Position numbers and translations under genes: made by a program
Source: an uncultured Clostridia bacterium
GTDB taxonomy: Bacteria; Bacillota; Clostridia; Christensenellales; UBA1242
NCBI GenBank assembly: GCA_944381825.1
Contig: CALWMK010000004.1
Span: 1 to 62,399 of the forward strand
DNA: 62,399 bases
Direction of reading: 5' to 3'
Notes under the pieces: generated by a model
The model's database searches: none
Told to the model about the DNA's origin: nothing
The model's input: the letters and a program-made list of their open reading frames with translations, nothing else
In this document: positions 18,119 to 27,818 of the stretch, one piece after another
Numbering within the stretch: position 1 is the first letter of the stretch
Layout: each line of letters begins with the position of its first letter

Positions 18119-19696
18119 TTAATTATTTTCATTTGCAATTTTTGAAAGTTTTTCCATTTCTTTTTGAATATCTAATCTTGGAAACAAAACTGGCACATTT
18201 TCTACAACTCTTCCTGCTTCAATAGTTGAAATTTTTTCTATGTTTTCAAAATTAAATTCAGTTTCACCGATTGCATCAAGCACAATCTTAGTTGATTTTG
18301 TCAAAAATGGATTTAAAAGTTTACAACCTGTTGAAATTAGGTTTATTAAATTGAATAAAACGGTTTGTAACCTTTCATCATTATTTGAATTTAAAACCCA
18401 AGGCATGGAAACCTCGATATACTTGTTGCCAAGTTTAAAAATATTAAATATTTCGCTAATAGCTTTGCTAACATCAAAATTTTCCATGCTTTCTTTTGCC
18501 AACTTGGCACAATTAGAAACATCTAATATTAACTTCTTATCATCCTCATTTTCAGATTTTTTTTGAGGGACAGTGCCATTGAAATATTTTTTTAGCATGC
18601 TAAAACTTCTTGAAACCAAATTCCCAAAATCGTTGGCAAGATCAAAATTATATCTAGAAAGAAAACGCTCGGTAGTATAAACCCCATCGCTACCAAAGGG
18701 AATTTCTCTCAACAAAATGTATCTCACTGCATCAACACCATATAATTCAATTAAAACTCTTGGGTCTAAAACCTCTTTAATTTTCGTTTCCTTGCTCTTT
18801 GAAAGTTTATCACCGCCAAACAAAAGCCAACCATGTCCAAAAATTTGTTTTGGCAAAGGAAGCTTTAGTGCCATTAAAATAGAAGGCCAAATTATAGCAT
18901 GAAATCTTACAATTTCCTTTCCCATTATATGCACATTTGCTGGCCAATATTTTTTAAACAAACTATCATCTTCACTCATATAACCAAGTGCGGTCAAATA
19001 GTTTAGCAAAGCATCGAGCCAAACATAAATTGTATGGTTTTTATCAAATGGAACTTCAACTCCCCATTTTACACTTGTTCTTGAAACACACAAATCGTTT
19101 AGTCCTGGAACAATGAAATTTTGCACCATTTCATTTACTCTTGAGTCAGGTTTTAAAAACTCTGGATGTTCTTTGTATAAATTTAAAAGTTTGTCGGCAA
19201 ACATTGAAAGTTTGAAAAAATATGCCTCTTCCTTCTGGTTTATCACCTCTCTGTGACAATCAGGGCATCTGCCATCCACAAGCTGAGATTCGGTCCAAAA
19301 AGATTCACAAGGCACACAATAAAGTCCGCTATAAGACGATTTATAAATATATCCATCTTGATAAAGTTTTGAAAAAATCTTTTGAACTGCTTTGACATGT
19401 TGCTCATCTGTCGTTCTAATAAATTTGTCATATTCCACATCTAAAATAGCCCAGAGGTTTTTGCTATCTTCTACAATTTCATCTAGGTATTTTTTTTCAC
19501 TTAAACCGTGTTCACTTGCAACTTTTGCTATTTTTTGACCATGTTCATCTGTGCCTGTTAAAAAAAACACATCTTTACCAAGTTTTTTATTAAATCTTGC
19601 AATTGAATCGCAAATTACAGTGGTATAACAGTTCCCAAGTGTAAATTTGTTACTTGGATAATAAATTGGTGTTGTAATATAAAATGTTTCTCTCAT
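18119..19696 (-). CDS. metG: Methionine--tRNA ligase, short form without C-terminal tRNA-binding domain
   Basis: [11 protein letters not shown]..., GTDEHGQKI, CxxC...CxxC knuckle and KLSKS loop. The HIGH position reads TLGN. Start probably at the Met before RETFYITT. Confidence 0.85.
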   Translation of the reverse strand: [525 protein letters not shown]

Positions 19697-19856
19697 TTGT
19701 TTCCCTTTTTTGTTCTGTTTTGTTTCTAACACAACAAATTTTTTTTGTCAAGGAATCAAACAAAATGCAATCTTAACAAAAGCACATTTTGTTTAAATTT
19801 ATAATTTATTTTAAGTTGTTACATTTAAAAACATTTAGAGGAAAACACATGGCTAA

Positions 19857-20705
19857 TCAAACTCCTCCGCCATCATTAATATACAAAATTCCAAGTGTGT
19901 TTTCTCCGCAATGACTTGAAATGGTTGCACCCGCTGTTGTTTTATAAATTTCTTGGAATCCTTTTTCTTTTAAAATTTTTTCTATTTGAAAAATTAATGT
20001 TTCAGTTGCTGTTGTAAAAGTTATAAAGGCTCTTTTTTTGTCTGGATTATTAAATTCTGCAAGTGTATCTTTTACATAATTTAAAGTAACTTTTTCGAGG
20101 CTTCCTCTATATTTGTGTCCAGAAATCATTTTTCCATCTTTTACAATTATTTGAGGATGTAATTTTAAAAGATTGGCGCCAAAATACATAAGGGCATTAC
20201 AGCGACCGCCCTTGTATAAATAATCCAATCTATCCAAAACAAAACTTGCTTGAACAAAATCAATTCTTCTTTTTATTTTTTCAACTATCTCTTTTGCCAT
20301 CATTCCATCTTTCTTCATGTCACAAGCGGATAATACTAAAAGAGCTATGCCCGTTGAAAGAGAACGAGTATCAATGACAAAAACATTTTTAAATTTTGCA
20401 CTTGCAGTTTTTGCATTTTCACATGCGCTACTCATTTCGCTAGAAAGTGAAAAATGAATAATAGCATCATATTCTTTTAAAATATTTTCAAAATGCTGTT
20501 CAAACTGAAATTGATTAACCGCGCTTGTTTTGGGCAAAAGCTTATTTTTCTCAACATATTCAAAAATGTCCTGTGGAGAAATATCTTTATCAAAAAATGC
20601 CTCCTCTCCCAAATTAATAGTAAATTGAACTATTTTAATATCATATTTTTCGACGAGTTCTGGTGTCAAATCTATAGTGCTTTCCGCAGATATTGCAATT
20701 TTCAT
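19857..20705 (-). CDS. DegV family fatty-acid-binding protein (second copy)
   Basis: MKIAISAESTIDL N-terminus and DegV-like length; RBS aaaggaggaaat. Confidence 0.85.
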   Translation of the reverse strand: MKIAISAESTIDLTPELVEKYDIKIVQFTINLGEEAFFDKDISPQDIFEYVEKNKLLPKTSAVNQFQFEQHFENILKEYDAIIHFSLSSEMSSACENAKTASAKFKNVFVIDTRSLSTGIALLVLSACDMKKDGMMAKEIVEKIKRRIDFVQASFVLDRLDYLYKGGRCNALMYFGANLLKLHPQIIVKDGKMISGHKYRGSLEKVTLNYVKDTLAEFNNPDKKRAFITFTTATETLIFQIEKILKEKGFQEIYKTTAGATISSHCGENTLGILYINDGGGV

Positions 20706-20952
20706 ATTTCCTCCTTTAATCAATATTATACAAAAATAAAATTCAGCTTTTCCCTACTAATTAATTTTTTATTTCCATCTTTTTATACCAGCTTTGTAGA
20801 GTCTGTTTTTTATATTCTACTTTTGATAGAACAATATTTTTTAGTTTTTTTTGTCATTTTTTAAAAAAAAAGAAAGCTTTCTTTATAACAAATGTCAAGA
20901 ATGATTTTAAAATTATCAAAAATAGTTTAAAACCACTCTACTCTTTAGAAAC

Positions 20953-20969
20953 TTGCAAATTATTTGCAA
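20953..20969. promoter_or_regulatory. Candidate operator palindrome upstream of the XRE regulator gene
   Basis: ttgcaaa-tta-tttgcaa perfect inverted repeat about 43 nt upstream of the ATG at 21012. Confidence 0.3.
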
Positions 20970-21011
20970 ATTCCATTAAGCGGTGGTATTATTTTAAAGA
21001 GGTTTTTGCTT

Positions 21012-21593
21012 ATGGAAGAAAATTTTAAAGAAATTGTGGCAAATAATTTAATATTATATAGAAAGGAAAGAAAACTTACTCAAGCAGAACTTGCTGAAAA
21101 ACTTAATTATTCAGATAAGTCAATATCAAAATGGGAGCGCGGAGATGCACTTCCTGATTTAGAAATAATGAAAAGGCTTGCCGATATCTACGGAATTAAA
21201 GTCGATGATTTTTTTGCTCAAAAAGACAATAAAAAGATAAAAAAGAGTGATATAAATTTAAAACATTTGTTAATTTCAATATTATCTTCACTTTTAGTAT
21301 GGCTGGTGTCTACCATTTGCTTTGTTTGTTTTCACATGTTTTTGCCTTCATACACTAGAGCTTGGCTTGTTTTTGTTTATGCAATTCCAATAACATGTAT
21401 TGTTGCACTGGTTTTTTCTTGTATTTGGGGAAAAAAATATATAACTGCAATCATATGCTCTCTTCTTGTCTGGACACTTTTAACTTCTATTTATTTAAGT
21501 CTTAATGTGGATAAAATATGGACAATCTTTTTAATTGCTATTCCAATTCAAATTTCAATTATTCTTTGGTTCTTTTTAAAAAAGGTTAAATGA
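21012..21593 (+). CDS. XRE-family HTH transcriptional regulator fused to a multi-pass membrane domain
   Basis: LTQAELAEKLNYSDKSISKWERG HTH followed by 3-4 transmembrane segments. Start set at MEENFKE. Confidence 0.8.
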   Translation: MEENFKEIVANNLILYRKERKLTQAELAEKLNYSDKSISKWERGDALPDLEIMKRLADIYGIKVDDFFAQKDNKKIKKSDINLKHLLISILSSLLVWLVSTICFVCFHMFLPSYTRAWLVFVYAIPITCIVALVFSCIWGKKYITAIICSLLVWTLLTSIYLSLNVDKIWTIFLIAIPIQISIILWFFLKKVK

Positions 21594-21657
21594 AAATATA
21601 TCTATAAAATAATATAAACCCTATAAAATTTATAGGGTTTATATATCTTTAAAAGCT

Positions 21658-22329
21658 TTACCTATCTAATTTAATATTATTCCTTTTCAGTCTCTTTTTT
21701 TCAACAACATCAATAACAATAAAACAAATCACAGAAAAAATCATAGAAATTATTTTGCCAACATAAGAACCAAGAATTGCCGGAATAAAGTTTTCTTGTA
21801 AATTAGAAGTTATTGCAACAATCGAAAAATATATTGTAGAGTTTACTATGCTGGCAAGCAATAATGCCAAACCGCATAAAACAAATTTATTCACATGTTT
21901 TAACTTTTCTAAAAAATATAACATCAAATAAACCGCACAAAGTGTTGCAAAAACACTTACTAAAAAAGAAACAAATGTTGAAATAAATTCACTTTCAAAA
22001 CCAAATGTGGCATAAGATGCAATTAATTGTATGATTGCGCCAAACAAAATTGATATTATGGAAGTGTGTGTTAAATTTACAGCTTCTTTTTTTCCAAAGT
22101 AAAAATAAATAATTATTATACAAAAAATAAACAATGTGTAAAGAATTGAGTCGACTCCAAAAATTAAATTACCAATATAAATAGGATAGGAACTGATGTT
22201 GAAAATATTACTATTTACAGCCCCACCAATTGCCAAAATATAGATTAAGTCTTTTTTAAATTTACCATAAAAAATGCCAATGCTAAAATATAAAATTAGA
22301 ATCAATAACAATAAAAATATTATTTTCAT
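21658..22329 (-). CDS. Multi-pass membrane protein, possibly VUT/YhhQ-like
   Basis: Six or more hydrophobic segments; only a weak family resemblance (YFGKKEA). Confidence 0.45.
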   Translation of the reverse strand: MKIIFLLLLILILYFSIGIFYGKFKKDLIYILAIGGAVNSNIFNISSYPIYIGNLIFGVDSILYTLFIFCIIIIYFYFGKKEAVNLTHTSIISILFGAIIQLIASYATFGFESEFISTFVSFLVSVFATLCAVYLMLYFLEKLKHVNKFVLCGLALLLASIVNSTIYFSIVAITSNLQENFIPAILGSYVGKIISMIFSVICFIVIDVVEKKRLKRNNIKLDR

Positions 22330-22374
22330 AAAAATATTATGGTTTTTAATTGTTGTTTTGTCAAATATTTAAAA

Positions 22375-22809
22375 TTATTGTCTGCTATTTTTAAACCAAT
22401 CATATGCCCACCATTTACTTAAAAGTTCTTTAAGTTTGATTGTTTTTAAAGGATTTATATTAATTAAAACATCTATATCACCACTTTTTTCATCTAACTG
22501 CATAAGTGCCTCTCTACAAACTCCGCAAGGCATTAAAACACCATTTTTATCAACAGCTAAAACTTTTTTTATTTTGTTTTCACCATTGGTAAACATATTA
22601 AAAATCGCATTGCGTTCAGCACAAACACCCCAACCACATGCTGAATCAATGTTTATGCCATAATAAACATTATCTTCCTCTGTGACCACGGCAGCAGCAA
22701 CAACGCCACCTTGAATAAACGGTGAAAAATTTTTTTCGTCAACAAGCTTTTTTGTGGTTTGATATAAATTTTCCCAACTGGTAAATTTATCGTTTAGAAA
22801 TTTTTTCAT
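22375..22809 (-). CDS. cdd: Cytidine deaminase
   Basis: Zinc motifs CAERNAI and PCGVCRE. Confidence 0.8.
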   Translation of the reverse strand: MKKFLNDKFTSWENLYQTTKKLVDEKNFSPFIQGGVVAAAVVTEEDNVYYGINIDSACGWGVCAERNAIFNMFTNGENKIKKVLAVDKNGVLMPCGVCREALMQLDEKSGDIDVLININPLKTIKLKELLSKWWAYDWFKNSRQ

Positions 22810-23022
22810 TTTTAATCCTTTTTATGATTAATAATCTAATATTAATTTGCTTTAAATTTTGATTTGATAACTCTTTTATTATTTTTATGTTATTTAAAAA
22901 ATATTGTCAACATTTTTATTGCAAATAAATTTTTATTTTAATTTAATCGAATTTTAGCGAATTAGAAATTTAAAAAAAATAATATATTAAATAATTTTAA
23001 TAATTTTAAACATAATAAAAAT

Positions 23023-23844
23023 ATGAAAAAATTTGTCGCAATTTTACTTTTTTTTTGTATATATTTTAGCCTAATTCCAAATTTTTGTTTTGGTGAAGAA
23101 GAGGTTGTTTTACCAATTATTATGTATCACACAATTTTAAACAGCCGACAAGGCACTTATATTGTTTCAGAACGCCAACTTTCAGCCGACCTTGAAGCAT
23201 TACGAGATGAAGGTTACACAAGTGTGTTTCCTTCCGAGATAATTGAATATGTTTATGGAAATGGCAGTTTGCCCAAAAAACCTATTTTAATTACCTTTGA
23301 TGATGGTTATTATAATAATTTATATTATGGACTTCCTATTCTTCAAAAACAGGGTTTTAAAGCAAATATTAACATAATTGGAAAAATCACAGATGACGAA
23401 ACCGAAAATGGAGAAAATCCAAATCCTAACTATTCTTATCTTTCTTGGGAAGAAGTGAAAATTTTGAAAGATAGTGGAAATTTCGAAATTGGTCATCATA
23501 GCTATGATATGCACAAATATGAACCAAGATACGGCATTGGGCAACTTTGGAATGAAAGTGATGAAGATTATAAAAAATCATTAGAAACCGACACAGAAAA
23601 ACTGTTATTAAAAATGCAAGAAAAGGCTCATATTATGACAAATGTTTTTGCCTATCCTTTTGGAAAATATAATGAGCTTTCAAAAACAATTTTAACTTCT
23701 ATGAATTTTAAAATGCTTTTAACTTGTAATGAAAGAGTAAATATAATCAAAAAAAATGACCCCCCTTGCCTGTTAAACCTTGGAAGGTTTAACAGAAGGG
23801 GCGATTACTCCACTAATGAGTTTATTGCAAAATTAAAAGTTTAA
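23023..23844 (+). CDS. Secreted polysaccharide deacetylase (NodB homology)
   Basis: Signal peptide; ITFDDGY and HSYDMH motifs. Confidence 0.8.
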   Translation: MKKFVAILLFFCIYFSLIPNFCFGEEEVVLPIIMYHTILNSRQGTYIVSERQLSADLEALRDEGYTSVFPSEIIEYVYGNGSLPKKPILITFDDGYYNNLYYGLPILQKQGFKANINIIGKITDDETENGENPNPNYSYLSWEEVKILKDSGNFEIGHHSYDMHKYEPRYGIGQLWNESDEDYKKSLETDTEKLLLKMQEKAHIMTNVFAYPFGKYNELSKTILTSMNFKMLLTCNERVNIIKKNDPPCLLNLGRFNRRGDYSTNEFIAKLKV

Positions 23845-23885
23845 TACATAATTTTGCAATTTTTTTAATATAACCTTTGTTAAAA

Positions 23886-26800
23886 TTAATCTAGGTCAAA
23901 CTCTTTTTCCTTTTTTAGGTTTTTTTGTTGATATATCACAAATTGGTCTATTTGCGCATCCTGAAAATCAAAATTAGATGGGACAAAAAAAATTAAATTT
24001 GATTTTTCGCATCTCTCTTCGCATAAATCAATTAATTTATTATTTCCACCTCCAACATTTACTTGTTTTAGCAGATTTGATTTGTTTTGTTTGTTATACT
24101 CCGCAACAAAGGCATTGATGCCTCGTATAAAAGCATCAAAAATTTTTTCGCTTTCTTTTTTATTTAGATACAATTGATTGACTTCAAAATCATTGAAAAC
24201 AGCATATCCTAAATCCCTATTTAAATACATAGTACCTTTTGCAACAATATCGGCAAAGCAGTCTTTTATAACCAAACTTTGAACACACTCACTTTCTACA
24301 CTTGCAAGAGTTATGTTCCTGCCATAATGTTCACTTGTTATACTTCCGCAACAACTTGTATAATGCCCTAATATAAAATTTTTTGGTGAGTATTTATCTA
24401 GCCATTCATAAGAAAAATTGTCTTTAAATAGCTTTGCCAATTCTCTTTTATCCTTAGAAAATTCTTTTATCGAACCATCATTTATACTAGATGTTTCACT
24501 ATAATTTTTTTCACTTAAGGCTTTTTTAAGAATATGAGATGGGATGTTTCTCTTTTTTGAAAATTTTATGATTCTGCACGCCTCATCAAAATAGTTTTGC
24601 GACACACCTTTTTGATAAAACACATTTGCAAGTTCTTTGTTTTCTTCATCTATATTAGTATAATTTTGACCAAGAAAGTTTCTAATAATTGCCTTTTCCC
24701 AGGAAATTTTTTTAGGATTGCCTTTGGCTCCAGTTACGATTCTCATGCTTTTTACTTTATCAAATTTTGTCAATGTTTCAAGAAAAATTCCTTTATATTT
24801 AAACTCTAAATTTAAAAGCATCTCTAAATTTTCGAAATTTCCGTTTTTGGTTTCACCTACAAATTTAATAAAGTCTGGTGATGTTTCGGTTTGAATGGGA
24901 AAGTTTTCTAACAACAAATCATAATTTTCTCCAAACACCTTTTTCTTGTAAATTTGTGCAAGAATCATGCTTGCAAGTTGACATTTCATCATGGTAGTTG
25001 ACTTTTTAAAATTAATTATAATATCACGACTAAAACATCCAAAAATCAATGCGAGTTTAAAAAATGCCACCTTATTTTTATTGTCAAGATTAGAAAATGA
25101 TTGAGTAAGTCCTTTAAACTCGTTATTAAATATAGTAAATTCGCCATTTTTTATTAGCTTATTAAAAACCTCTTTGTTTTTGTTCAACTTTAAAAGAAAA
25201 TCAAGAGGAAATGCAAAATCTACTCGCTTCATTTTTTTTGCAAGTTCTTCTAGACTGCTAAAATTAATCCCTTTGAATAAATACTCAAACTTAAAGTTTT
25301 CAATAACTCGTCCAAACTTTTTAAAATCAACATTTGTCATGCCATCATTTTTAAGATTGTTACCTAAAACAACCATAAATGACTCGTCTAATAAACAATT
25401 TTCAAAATCAACGGAAAATACCTGATTTTGCATGATAACATCTTGAGGAAATTCTATTCTTGACAGCGAACATTTCGCAAAAGCATTTTCACCTATTTGC
25501 ATTATTGATTGTGGAAGAACGATTTGTGACAAATCCCGACAATTTTCAAAACATCTTGGACCAATTTCACTTATTCCATTTTCTAGTGTAACATCTTTTA
25601 AAGAATGACATTCCAAAAAACTATTAGACATTATAATTCCAACACTTTTAGGAATGTTTATAGTTTTCAATGAGGTGCAATTTTCAAAAACACTTTCTCC
25701 CAAACGCCCACAACCTTGTTCAATTTTAACATTTTCAAGATTAACGCAATTGGCAAAAGTTGCTTTAGAAAAATTTGTAGATGGATAAATTTTTACACTT
25801 TTTAAATCATTGCAACTAGAAAAAGCAAAATCTCCAATCCAACAACTTGGAACTAAAAGTTCTTTAATTGATGTGTTTTTAAAACAACAATTACCTATTC
25901 TTTTAAGTTTCTTTTGATTGAAATTTAAGTTTTCAAGCCTTTCACAGTTTTCAAAAGCACTGTTTCCCAATACCTCTATATTTTCTGAAAAAATTTTTCT
26001 AAGTGAGGAACATTCAAAAAATGCATTGTTGCCTACAAATTTTACTCCCTTTCCAAATTTAATTTCCTCTAAACTTGAGCAACCTGCAAAGCAATAAGTA
26101 TCTAGATTTGTCAAACTGTCTGGGAAAAACACATTTATTAATGCTTTACAATTTTTAAAAGCCTTTGCTTCTATTTGCAAAAGCCCATTGCCAAAACTAA
26201 TTTGTTTTAAATTTTTTGAATTTTCAAAACAACTTATTCCTATTTTTTTTAATCCATTTGGCAATTCAATTTTTTCTAAACCACAATTAAAAAAGGCATT
26301 TTCTTCAAAAATTTCGCATTCACCTAAAAAAATAACTTCTTTTAAATTTTCGCAATGGCTAAAAGCTTCGGCACAAATTGTTTGAATGCTTTTAGAAATT
26401 ACAACATTTTTCAGTGAACTACATTCTGAAAATAATCCCGCTTTAATTTCAACTATGCCATTTGGCAACACAACCTCTTTTAATTGTTTGCAGCCCTTAA
26501 ATGCAAACGCGCCAAGCGAATTCATTAGTTTTGGGAATGACAGTTTAGTAAGCGAGGTACATCCATTAAATGCCTTTCTTTCAATGAATTTCAAATTTTG
26601 CGGCAGTTCAATATTTTTTAATTCGGAGCAACCACTAAATGCACTTTCACAAATTCTGTCTAAGTCTTTTCCCAGTTCAACATTTTGCAAACTTTTGCAA
26701 TTTAAAAAAGCTTTACATCCAATTTCTTTAATACCCTTTGTTAAATTTACTGAAACTAAACTTTTGCAATTAGCAAAAACATAATCGTTTAACCTAAATA

Positions 26801-27590
26801 TTCCGCAATTAAAATCTATATTTTTTAAATTTTTACAATCTTTAAAAGCCTCTCGTCCTAAACTAATTTCATTTTGAGGAAAGCAAATTTCTTGCAAATT
26901 AAAGCAACCTTCAAAAGCCGAATCTTGAATTTCTTTTAATGAATTAGGTAAAGTAATATGTTTTAGACCACAGTTTATAAAGGCACCATCGCCAATTAAT
27001 TCAAGCTTTTCAAAAAATTCAAGTTCGATTAAATTTTCACAAGACAAAAATGCCTCTCTTTCAATACACTTCAAATTTTTTGAAAGCTTCACTTCTTTTA
27101 ATTTAATACATCCAGCAAAAATTTCAGGGTTTAAGCTTTGCAAGTTATCATTTATTTTTACAAGTCTTAGTTCAGTGCAGTTTTTAAAGGCGCCACTTCC
27201 AATGTTTTTTATGTTGTCAGAAAAAACTAATTCTTCAAACCCACAGTCATTAAATGCCCTATCACCTATATAACAAAGATTATCCCCATAAAAATCTTTA
27301 AGTTTTTGACAATTACTAAAAGCTTCCTCCTCTATTTCTATGACATTATTTAAAGAAATAAATTGCAAATTTTCACAACCTTGAAAAGCTGCTTTTGGAA
27401 TTTTTTTAATATTTTCATTTAAAAAAACTTGTTGAACATATAAACATTCTGAAAAACATTTTTCTTCAAGAGCTTGAATAAAAGAGGGAAGGTTTATAAT
27501 AGCTTGTTTTCCCACATATTTTTCTAAAACAACTTTATTATTTATTTTTTTTAAAATAAAATCATTTTTTTGTTCTGAACTTATTTTCAT
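23886..27590 (-). CDS. Large BspA-type leucine-rich-repeat protein with an unassigned roughly 500-aa C-terminal region
   Basis: About 700 aa of LRR_5-type repeats (I.IP..V..IG..AF..C..L); no N-terminal signal peptide; C-terminus not recognised. Confidence 0.8.
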   Translation of the reverse strand: MKISSEQKNDFILKKINNKVVLEKYVGKQAIINLPSFIQALEEKCFSECLYVQQVFLNENIKKIPKAAFQGCENLQFISLNNVIEIEEEAFSNCQKLKDFYGDNLCYIGDRAFNDCGFEELVFSDNIKNIGSGAFKNCTELRLVKINDNLQSLNPEIFAGCIKLKEVKLSKNLKCIEREAFLSCENLIELEFFEKLELIGDGAFINCGLKHITLPNSLKEIQDSAFEGCFNLQEICFPQNEISLGREAFKDCKNLKNIDFNCGIFRLNDYVFANCKSLVSVNLTKGIKEIGCKAFLNCKSLQNVELGKDLDRICESAFSGCSELKNIELPQNLKFIERKAFNGCTSLTKLSFPKLMNSLGAFAFKGCKQLKEVVLPNGIVEIKAGLFSECSSLKNVVISKSIQTICAEAFSHCENLKEVIFLGECEIFEENAFFNCGLEKIELPNGLKKIGISCFENSKNLKQISFGNGLLQIEAKAFKNCKALINVFFPDSLTNLDTYCFAGCSSLEEIKFGKGVKFVGNNAFFECSSLRKIFSENIEVLGNSAFENCERLENLNFNQKKLKRIGNCCFKNTSIKELLVPSCWIGDFAFSSCNDLKSVKIYPSTNFSKATFANCVNLENVKIEQGCGRLGESVFENCTSLKTINIPKSVGIIMSNSFLECHSLKDVTLENGISEIGPRCFENCRDLSQIVLPQSIMQIGENAFAKCSLSRIEFPQDVIMQNQVFSVDFENCLLDESFMVVLGNNLKNDGMTNVDFKKFGRVIENFKFEYLFKGINFSSLEELAKKMKRVDFAFPLDFLLKLNKNKEVFNKLIKNGEFTIFNNEFKGLTQSFSNLDNKNKVAFFKLALIFGCFSRDIIINFKKSTTMMKCQLASMILAQIYKKKVFGENYDLLLENFPIQTETSPDFIKFVGETKNGNFENLEMLLNLEFKYKGIFLETLTKFDKVKSMRIVTGAKGNPKKISWEKAIIRNFLGQNYTNIDEENKELANVFYQKGVSQNYFDEACRIIKFSKKRNIPSHILKKALSEKNYSETSSINDGSIKEFSKDKRELAKLFKDNFSYEWLDKYSPKNFILGHYTSCCGSITSEHYGRNITLASVESECVQSLVIKDCFADIVAKGTMYLNRDLGYAVFNDFEVNQLYLNKKESEKIFDAFIRGINAFVAEYNKQNKSNLLKQVNVGGGNNKLIDLCEERCEKSNLIFFVPSNFDFQDAQIDQFVIYQQKNLKKEKEFDLD

Positions 27591-27755
27591 ATGTATCTTT
27601 AAACTATTTTAACATAAAACAAATTTTTGTCAATTACCGCTTAATTTTTTTTTGTTAAAAAATAAGTTAATGAGCTATAAACCCAAAATTTTTTATTTCA
27701 TATAAATTTTAATTATCAAAAAAATTAAAAATAAAATAAATAAGTTTGATTGAAT

Positions 27756-27788
27756 AAAAAAATTAAACCGAACAAGATTTCGGTTTAA
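27756..27788 (-). terminator. glyQS terminator
   Basis: ttaaaccgaa-caagat-ttcggtttaa 10-bp stem followed on the minus strand by a T-run. Confidence 0.6.
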
Positions 27789-27818
27789 TTCAATTACAGC
27801 ATTTTAAAAAATAATTTT

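Noticed and set aside
19697-19856. T-box leaders upstream of metG, and likewise upstream of glyQS and gltX
   Set aside because: The upstream spacers are only about 124, 42 and 13 nt. That is far too short for a T-box, and no specifier-loop or T-box sequence is visible.
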